32,000 nucleotides of DNA from Candidatus Nitrospira inopinata (GTDB lineage Bacteria; Nitrospirota; Nitrospiria; Nitrospirales; Nitrospiraceae): contig NZ_LN885086.1 of the NCBI RefSeq assembly GCF_001458695.1, positions 510,001 through 542,000 of the forward strand, given 5' to 3'. The translations under genes were made by a program, and so were the position numbers. The stretch's first letter is position 1, and every line of letters starts with the position of its first letter. The notes under the pieces are model-generated. The model saw only the letters and a program-made list of their open reading frames with translations. It made no database searches and was not told the origin of the DNA. Shown here in pieces: positions 25,685 through 32,000 of this stretch.

Positions 25685-27015
25685 TCGGCGAGCCGAGCGA
25701 ATCACCCCCCGATAGCCGGACAACCCAACCGGTCGCACGCGAACGGAATCCGTCCGCCCTGCCCTCCCCCCTTCCACCGGCTGAACGAGATCTGGTCCCT
25801 CACAGTTCCAGAATCGAGGTTCCCCCCGCACGGCCGACGTCCCGCCTTCCCTGGCTCATCGGAATTGGGACGGCTCTGCTCGCACTGGGCGCCGGAGCTT
25901 GGTACTGGTGGACGTCGTCCGCGCCTCCGGTCATATACAAGACCCTCCCCATCGACCGGGGTCCCATCACCGCTTTGGTGACCGCGACCGGCACGGTCAA
26001 TCCAGTCATGTCCGTCCAAGTCGGCAGTCAAGTTTCTGGCAAAATCGCCGGACTCTTCGTGGACTTTAATTCCGAGGTCACGAAGGGGCAGGTGCTGGCC
26101 CGGATCGACCAGCAACCGTTCCAAGCCCGCGTCGCTCAAGCCCGAGCCTCGGTCAAAAGCGCATCGGCCGGTTTGGCCAAGGCGAAGAACCTCGCCGCGC
26201 AGAGGAAGCGGGATCGCGATCGCATGGCGGCCTTGCGAGAGCAGGAGTTCGTCTCGCAGGCCGAACTCGACCTTGCCGACACCAACTATCAAGACGCCCT
26301 CGCGCAGGTGGAGGCGGCCCAAGCGCAGCTCGACCAGGCCCACGCGACCCTCGCGGCGGCTGAACTGGACCTCGGCTACACCACCATCTATTCTCCGGTG
26401 GACGGCATCGTCATCTCCCGCGACGTGGACGTGGGCCAGACCGTCGCCGCCAGTTTTCAAACCCCGACGTTGTTCGTGATCGCGCGGGACTTGACGCGGA
26501 TGCAGGTCAACGCCAACGTGAGCGAAGCCGACATCGGCGGCGTGGCCGAAGGCAAACCGGCCCGCTTCCGCGTGGACGCTTACCCCAGAGAATGGTTCGA
26601 AGGGACCGTCGCGCAGGTCCGCCATGCGCCGGTCGTCGTCCAAAACGTCGTGACCTACGACGTCGTCATCACGGTCGACAACCGACACCTGAAACTGAAA
26701 CCCGGCATGACCGCGACGGTCACGATCGTCGCGGATGAAAAAGAACGGACGCTCAGGGTGCCGAACGGAGCCCTGCGGTTTCGGATGCCCGGCGCGCCGA
26801 TCGACCGCAAGGCAACGGCCGTCTGGGTGAAAGACGCCGACGGGCAAGTCCGCCGCGTGCCGGTGACGACCGGCATTGCCGATTCCCTCTATACGGAAAT
26901 CGTGGACGGTGCACTACGGGAAGGCGACCAGGTCGTCGTCGGCATTGAAACGCCCGATGAAGGGCGAAACCGAACGTTGCCGCCGGGGTTCGAGCTCGGT
27001 CCTAAGGTCAGATGA
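25681..27015 (+). CDS. MacA/HlyD-type periplasmic adaptor subunit
   Basis: ATGA overlap with the P-type ATPase stop. Pro-rich N-terminal tail, then TM (WLIGIGTALLALGAGAWYWW). Motifs ATGTVNPVMSVQVGSQVSGKI, coiled coil, TIYSPVDGIVISRDVDVGQTV and VVTYDVVITVDN are typical of MacA-like MFPs. Confidence 0.8.
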   Translation: MIGEPSESPPDSRTTQPVARERNPSALPSPLPPAERDLVPHSSRIEVPPARPTSRLPWLIGIGTALLALGAGAWYWWTSSAPPVIYKTLPIDRGPITALVTATGTVNPVMSVQVGSQVSGKIAGLFVDFNSEVTKGQVLARIDQQPFQARVAQARASVKSASAGLAKAKNLAAQRKRDRDRMAALREQEFVSQAELDLADTNYQDALAQVEAAQAQLDQAHATLAAAELDLGYTTIYSPVDGIVISRDVDVGQTVAASFQTPTLFVIARDLTRMQVNANVSEADIGGVAEGKPARFRVDAYPREWFEGTVAQVRHAPVVVQNVVTYDVVITVDNRHLKLKPGMTATVTIVADEKERTLRVPNGALRFRMPGAPIDRKATAVWVKDADGQVRRVPVTTGIADSLYTEIVDGALREGDQVVVGIETPDEGRNRTLPPGFELGPKVR

Positions 27016-27118
27016 TGGGCAGGGCCTCTGGTTCGCCCGTGGTTCATTGGTCGGCTCCGGCACGCCGGGCTCAGGAGAGGCGACGGCATCAACGAGAGTC
27101 GGAATCGGTAACGGGACA

Positions 27119-28351
27119 ATGTCTTTCCTCTGGCTGACAGTCCTCTCCGCCCTTCGCGTGCTCAGGCGCAATCCCTTGCGGGCCGGGCTGACCATGCTCG
27201 GCGTCATCATCGGCATCGGCGCCGTCGTGGCCATGGTGAGCCTGGGGCAGGGCGCGACCGCCGCGATCCAGGCGGAGATCGCCAGTCTCGGCACCAACGT
27301 CCTCATCGTCATCCCCGGCGCGACGACGGTCGGGGGCATCCGCGGCGGTCTGGGTACGGCATCCACCCTGACCGTTGACGACGCCGAGGACATCGAGAGA
27401 AAAGTGTCCGGCGTGACGGCGGTTCTGTACGGAAGCCGATCCGTGCTGCAGGTCGTCCGGGAAAACAAGAACTGGAGCACGGTCGTCTTCGGCACGACGC
27501 CGTTGTTCCCCGACATGCGCAACTGGCCGATCATCCAAGGGTCGTTCTTTACCCAGTCGGACTTGGACTCGGCGGCCAAGGTCGCCGTGTTGGGAACGAC
27601 CGTCGTTCAGAACTTATTCGAGCCGGGAGAAAACGCCGTGGGCGCCGAGATCCGCATCCGCAACGTCCCCTTTCACGTGATCGGCGTGCTGGGCTCCAAG
27701 GGGCAATCCGTCACCGGCCAGGATCAAGACGATCTGGTCGTGCTGCCCTTTTCGACCGCCGAACGCAAGGTCTTCGGAACAAGCTTTCTGGGAACCGTGG
27801 GGATCGTTCTGGTGGAGACGGATGCGCACGCCGACATTCCGGCCGTCACGGACGACATCCGGGATCTTTTGCGAACCAGACACCGGTTGCAGCCGTCCGA
27901 CGAGGACGACTTTACGATTCGCACCTTGGAAGACATCGCCCAGACCATCGCCGGGGCGAGTCGGACCATGATGCTCATGCTGATGAGCATCGCCTCCATC
28001 TCGTTGATCGTGGGCGGCATCGGCATCATGAACATCCTGCTGGTCTCGGTCACGGAACGGACGCGGGAAATCGGCCTGCGCATGGCGGTCGGCGCCACGC
28101 GGGCGCACATCCTGTTTCAGTTTCTCATCGAAGCCGTGATCATGACGGCCTTGGGGGGCCTGCTCGGCGTCGCGACGGGTGTCGGCATTGCTCGGCTGCT
28201 CACGGCCATGATCGGGTGGCCTACGATCATCAATTCGCGCGCGGTGGCCGCTTCCTTCCTGTTTTCGCTCGCCGTGGGGCTGTTTTTCGGCCTCTATCCG
28301 GCCAACAAGGCGTCGAAACTGAACCCGATCGACGCCATGCGGTACGAGTGA
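27119..28351 (+). CDS. MacB/FtsX-type ABC transporter permease (no fused or adjacent ATPase)
   Basis: ATG 27119. N-terminus LRVLRRNPLRAGLTMLGVIIGIGAVVAMVSLG, a large periplasmic domain, and a C-terminal FtsX core (SLIVGGIGIMNILLVSVTERTREIGLRMAVGA...YPANKASKLNPIDAMRYE). Confidence 0.85.
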   Translation: MSFLWLTVLSALRVLRRNPLRAGLTMLGVIIGIGAVVAMVSLGQGATAAIQAEIASLGTNVLIVIPGATTVGGIRGGLGTASTLTVDDAEDIERKVSGVTAVLYGSRSVLQVVRENKNWSTVVFGTTPLFPDMRNWPIIQGSFFTQSDLDSAAKVAVLGTTVVQNLFEPGENAVGAEIRIRNVPFHVIGVLGSKGQSVTGQDQDDLVVLPFSTAERKVFGTSFLGTVGIVLVETDAHADIPAVTDDIRDLLRTRHRLQPSDEDDFTIRTLEDIAQTIAGASRTMMLMLMSIASISLIVGGIGIMNILLVSVTERTREIGLRMAVGATRAHILFQFLIEAVIMTALGGLLGVATGVGIARLLTAMIGWPTIINSRAVAASFLFSLAVGLFFGLYPANKASKLNPIDAMRYE

Positions 28352-28559
28352 GGGGCATCCCGCGAAAGGGCATTCCTCCCTACTCGTCCTCGCCACATCG
28401 CGCGAACCATCGAACTCATGGATATTGCCTGCCCACAATCGCTATCATGTGACGCGTTTTCCACGCCGACGGCGACGCATGCGCACGGAATCGAAGTCCG
28501 ATTCTCCGTTCCAGCTCGCCAACCAAGAGCATCTCGGTTTCCTTTGAGGAAAGATTCCC

Positions 28560-30347
28560 ATGTCTCTTGAGATGGCGTTCGTGCTTGTCGTCACCGTCGT
28601 CGCGGTGGTCCTTTTTGTCACAGAAAAACTGCCTGTGGACGTGGTGGCGCTCGGCATCATGGCCGTGCTGCTGCTCGGCGGCATTCTGACTCCTGAGGAG
28701 GGCCTGGCCGGCTTCAGTAACCCCGCGACGGTGACAGTCGGCGCCATGTTGGTCTTAAGCGCCGGTCTTTTCAAAAGCGGGGCCTTGAACGTCCTGAGCG
28801 TCTGGCTGGGCCTGCTCGGCCAATTCGGCAGCACGGTCTTGCTGATGACGATGATGATCGTCGTCGGGACGGTCTCCGCCTTTATCAACAATACTGCCGC
28901 AGTCGCGATGCTGATGCCGGTCGTGATCGGCATGGCACCCGCACTCGGCGTGAGCCCCTCCAGGCTGCTGATGCCGCTCTCGTTTGCCTCCATGTTCGGG
29001 GGCGTCTGCACATTGATCGGCACCTCGACCAACATCGTGGTCAGCTCCATCTCCGAGCGGTACGGGCAGCCGGGGTTCGCCATGTTCGAGACGACGCCGC
29101 TCGGTCTGGTATTCTTTGCCGCGGGCACGGCCTATATGTTGGCAGCCGGGCTGCGCCTGATCCCGGACCGCCGAGCCGACGGTGACCTGACACGGCATTT
29201 CAGCATGGACGAATACTTGACGGAGATCGTTCTGCTTCCCGAAGCCAAATCCGTCGGCACCACCGTCGGTGATTGCCCGTTGGTTAAGGACATCGATCTC
29301 GACATTCTGGAAGTCCGGCGGGGAGCGGGCCGAGCCCTGTCCCCCGATCCCTCCATGGTGCTGCAGGCGGGGGACGTATTGCTCGTTCGATGCAACGTCG
29401 CGCAAATCAGGCAGTTACAGGAACGGGTCGGCATCGCACTGAAACCGGAGATGCAGTGGCGGGACCAGGATCTGGAATCCGGCGGCAGCCAGTTGATCGA
29501 AGCGGTCGTTGCTCCCTATTCAGTATTGGACGGACGCTCGCTGAAAGGGATCAGGTTCCGCGACAACTTCGGCGCGACCGTGCTTGCCATTCGGCATCAC
29601 GGCAAGGTGGTCCATGAGAACTTGAATTCGCGAATCCTTCGCAGCGGCGACGTGCTGCTGCTCAACGTCCGGCGGGATTCGCTCACACGCTTGAGAGAAA
29701 GTCCCGCCTTCGTCATGATCTCCGACGTGGAGCTTCCGACGTTTCGAACCCACAAGCTGGTCACCGCACTTGTGATCGTCGCCGGTGTGGTTGGAGCGGC
29801 GGCGCTCCACCTCGTTCCCATCGTCGTCAGCGCCGTCGCCGGATGCGTGCTGCTCGTGCTGACCGGGTGCCTGACGATGCAGGAGGCTTACGGCGCCGTC
29901 GAATGGAGAATCATTGTTCTGTTGGCCGGCGTGCTGACGCTGGGAATCGCCCTGGAAAAGACCGGCGCCGCCCTCTTATTGTCGAAGTGGCTGATCGCCA
30001 CGGTGGGGATCTGGGGTCCCGTGGCGCTTGTGTCGGCGTTGTACTTGGCGACCTCGCTGCTGACGGAGGCCATGTCGAACAACGCCACCGCCGCACTGCT
30101 TGCGCCCATCGCCATCGCCGCGGCTCAATCGATGAACCTCAACCCGCGCCCGTTCCTGATGGCCATTACCTTCGCTGCCTCGGCGAGTTTTATGACTCCC
30201 GTCGGCTATCAAACAAATACGCTGATCTATGGACCGGGCCGATACACGTTCGCAGATTTTGTTCGCGTCGGCACGCCGCTGAACATCCTCTTTTGGATCT
30301 TGGCCACGTTGCTGATTCCGGTCTTTTGGCCGTTTCAGCCGGCGTGA
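28560..30347 (+). CDS. SLC13/DASS-family permease with two central TrkA-C (RCK_C) domains
   Basis: Membrane halves with [11 protein letters not shown] and [12 protein letters not shown] hairpin motifs flank two RCK_C-like repeats ([20 protein letters not shown]...GDVLLVRC and [20 protein letters not shown]...GDVLLLNV). Confidence 0.8.
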   Translation: MSLEMAFVLVVTVVAVVLFVTEKLPVDVVALGIMAVLLLGGILTPEEGLAGFSNPATVTVGAMLVLSAGLFKSGALNVLSVWLGLLGQFGSTVLLMTMMIVVGTVSAFINNTAAVAMLMPVVIGMAPALGVSPSRLLMPLSFASMFGGVCTLIGTSTNIVVSSISERYGQPGFAMFETTPLGLVFFAAGTAYMLAAGLRLIPDRRADGDLTRHFSMDEYLTEIVLLPEAKSVGTTVGDCPLVKDIDLDILEVRRGAGRALSPDPSMVLQAGDVLLVRCNVAQIRQLQERVGIALKPEMQWRDQDLESGGSQLIEAVVAPYSVLDGRSLKGIRFRDNFGATVLAIRHHGKVVHENLNSRILRSGDVLLLNVRRDSLTRLRESPAFVMISDVELPTFRTHKLVTALVIVAGVVGAAALHLVPIVVSAVAGCVLLVLTGCLTMQEAYGAVEWRIIVLLAGVLTLGIALEKTGAALLLSKWLIATVGIWGPVALVSALYLATSLLTEAMSNNATAALLAPIAIAAAQSMNLNPRPFLMAITFAASASFMTPVGYQTNTLIYGPGRYTFADFVRVGTPLNILFWILATLLIPVFWPFQPA

Positions 30348-30429
30348 GCGAAGTCGTCCGCATGGAAAGACATCACGGCCTCTCTGGAAATGGAGAACGC
30401 GCCATTTTGCTCAACAACGGGAGAGACAC

Positions 30430-31326
30430 ATGAATGTTTTGCAGGAACTCTGGGGCTTGATGAAAGGATGGTTCAACGCTCCGCTGTTCGAAATCGGCAC
30501 GGCCCCCGTCACCCTATGGACGATCGCTTCCTTGGTCGTACTGTTCATCCTTCTCCTTTGGTCCACCCGGAAGCTCAAAAACTGGATCGTCCTGACGCTC
30601 CTCGCCAACAGCAAAATCGACATCGGTGTCCGGCAAGCCACCGGCTCGATCGTCCGCTACACCGTCATCGCCATCGGCTTCGTCGTGATTCTCCAATCGG
30701 TCGGCATCGACCTCAGTACGATCACGGTCCTGGCCGGCGCATTGGGGATCGGCGTCGGCTTCGGCCTGCAAACGATCACCAACAATTTGGTCAGCGGCCT
30801 GATCCTTCTGTTCGAACGGCCGATCAAGATCGGCGACCGCATCGAGGTGGGACAGATCACGGGAGACGTCGTGGACATCTCGGCCCGCGCCACGACGGTC
30901 ATCACCAACGATAACATCGCGATCATCATTCCCAACGCCGAGTTCATCAGCTCCAAAGTGATCAATTGGAGCTATACGACCAGGGACGTGCGATTCAACT
31001 TCCCCGTGCGGGTTTCTTATCGAGAAGATCCGGAACGGATACGCCGCCTCTTACTGGAGGTGGCACACAGTCATCCCGGAGTGCTCAAAGAGAGGAAACC
31101 GGACGTGCTGTTTCAGGAGTTTGGAGAGAGTTCGCTGCAGTTCATCCTCCGCGTGTGGACACGGGACTACACCGACCGTCCCGGCGTGCTCCGAAGCGAG
31201 CTGTATTACGCCATCAGCAAAACATTCCGCGAGCACGGCATCGAGATTCCTTATCCGCAACACGACATCCACATCAAGGACGGCAGTCTGACGGTCATGA
31301 CGCCCGAGCCGCCGACTTCGTCCTAA
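30430..31326 (+). CDS. Small-conductance mechanosensitive channel (MscS family)
   Basis: Three N-terminal TM helices, then the conserved NNLVSGLILLFERPIKIGDRIEVGQITGDVVDISARATTVITNDNIAIIIPNAEF beta-domain signature. GGGAGAG RBS. Confidence 0.85.
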   Translation: MNVLQELWGLMKGWFNAPLFEIGTAPVTLWTIASLVVLFILLLWSTRKLKNWIVLTLLANSKIDIGVRQATGSIVRYTVIAIGFVVILQSVGIDLSTITVLAGALGIGVGFGLQTITNNLVSGLILLFERPIKIGDRIEVGQITGDVVDISARATTVITNDNIAIIIPNAEFISSKVINWSYTTRDVRFNFPVRVSYREDPERIRRLLLEVAHSHPGVLKERKPDVLFQEFGESSLQFILRVWTRDYTDRPGVLRSELYYAISKTFREHGIEIPYPQHDIHIKDGSLTVMTPEPPTSS

Positions 31327-31431
31327 GGAGCCGGAGCGCGCAGGGGCGACTCCCCTTTCACTCGCCACGGACGATCGGTGGACAATCGATAGGCGGAAAG
31401 TGCGGGGACCCGATTCCGCCAGGGGAACGGC

Positions 31432-32000
31432 TCAGCGGGCGACGCGCACGGCCCTGACGATCTTGGCGCCCTTGACCTGTTCCAAAAATCGCTCCGTCGG
31501 AACGGACAGATGCATGACCTGCACTTCCTGCCATCCTTCGTTGACCGCCCCTTTGCGGCCGTGCATCTCGTTCACCCACTGGTCAATGTGCTCTTCGGTA
31601 GTGCCTTCGTTGAAATTGACCCAGAAGAGAAACGGCTGGGACATCGCTTGCGCATCGCTCGACGCCGACTGATCATTCGACTGTTGGGCCGTCATGATGG
31701 TTTCCTGCTGCGGCATGGCGCCTTTCGAGACATCGACCTCCGTGGCCTTCAGTCGTTTCATGAGATCCTTGTTCTGCTCGACCAATCCGGCCATTTCTTT
31801 GGACAGCCGCTCATTGGCCACGGTCAAACTGCGGATTTCGGCCTCGAGTTGCTGGTCCATTTGCGTTTGACTGATGAGCAACTCCGCCATCCGCTCGACA
31901 TCACGCCCGCTTTTCTTTTGCCGCTGTTCGATTTCCCGCCTCACCGTCACCATGCCGGATGCGACGGTTTCCTGAGCGGACGACAATCGGGCGATCGCCG
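31432..32000 (-). CDS. Hypothetical coiled-coil protein (5' end beyond the window edge)
   Basis: The minus-strand frame stays open to nt 32000, so the TTG at 31986 is not necessarily the start. Heptad-like, charge-rich stretch (ELLISQTQMDQQLEAEIRSLTVANERLSKEMAGLVEQNKDLMKRLK), then a compact C-terminal domain. No family recognised. Confidence 0.45.
   Translation of the reverse strand, partial: AIARLSSAQETVASGMVTVRREIEQRQKKSGRDVERMAELLISQTQMDQQLEAEIRSLTVANERLSKEMAGLVEQNKDLMKRLKATEVDVSKGAMPQQETIMTAQQSNDQSASSDAQAMSQPFLFWVNFNEGTTEEHIDQWVNEMHGRKGAVNEGWQEVQVMHLSVPTERFLEQVKGAKIVRAVRVAR

Noticed and set aside
28482-28500. GGAATCG-aagtc-CGATTCC stem-loop between the MacB permease and the SLC13 gene, considered as an intrinsic terminator.
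   Set aside because: It is a 7-bp stem with no following U-tract. It could be structural noise, and there is not enough support to call a terminator.
1-32000. Looked for CRISPR arrays, rRNA/tRNA genes, IS elements, integrases, phage genes and known defence-system signatures (restriction-modification, Cas, reverse transcriptase, STAND NTPases, etc.).
   Set aside because: I saw no regularly spaced repeats, no cloverleaf-like conserved tRNA segments, no DDE or tyrosine/serine recombinase motifs and no defence-type domains. The only toxin-antitoxin trace is the eroded ParE-like fragment.

Overview
High-GC (roughly 60-70% in coding lines) bacterial chromosomal segment. I support about 28 intact protein genes, 2 gene fragments and a few non-coding elements. 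I recognised no rRNA, tRNA, CRISPR array, transposase or integrase. All product calls come from reading motifs in the supplied translations; no searches were run.

Gene order:
- (+) USP (5' truncated), FmdB zinc-ribbon peptide (absent from the ORF track), monoheme cytochrome c, pncA, pncB, DLH-type hydrolase.
- A decayed ~0.5 kb junction holding a frameshifted ParE-like toxin remnant and a second hydrolase 3' fragment.
- (-) APH-like kinase, then APS kinase.
- (+) candidate sigma-54 promoter, an HPF/RaiA-cold-shock-domain fusion, a LonC-like protease, then a pentaheme cytochrome.
- (-) Zn alcohol dehydrogenase and a Cys-repeat secreted/lipoprotein.
- (+) HlyD adaptor, convergent with (-) TolC and an ABC exporter-like protein.
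- (-) BASS transporter on a low-GC islet.
- (-) CBS, CBS, LysM-L,D-transpeptidase.
- (+) USP, P-type ATPase, MacA-like adaptor, MacB-type permease.
- (+) SLC13/TrkA-C permease and MscS.
- (-) partial coiled-coil protein at the right edge.

Most unusual observations:
1. A TolC/HlyD/ABC locus in which the ABC nucleotide-binding domain has every catalytic motif degenerate, yet the reading frame is intact.
2. An HPF-CSD fusion tightly linked to a Lon-like protease whose Walker A and B also look non-canonical, behind a good sigma-54 -24/-12 match.
3. A MacA/MacB-permease pair with no ABC ATPase gene, translationally coupled to a P-type ATPase.
4. Two insertion or recombination scars: the hydrolase/ParE junkyard, and an 18-bp direct repeat bracketing a low-GC transporter gene.

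Whether any of these is truly undescribed cannot be decided without database searches.
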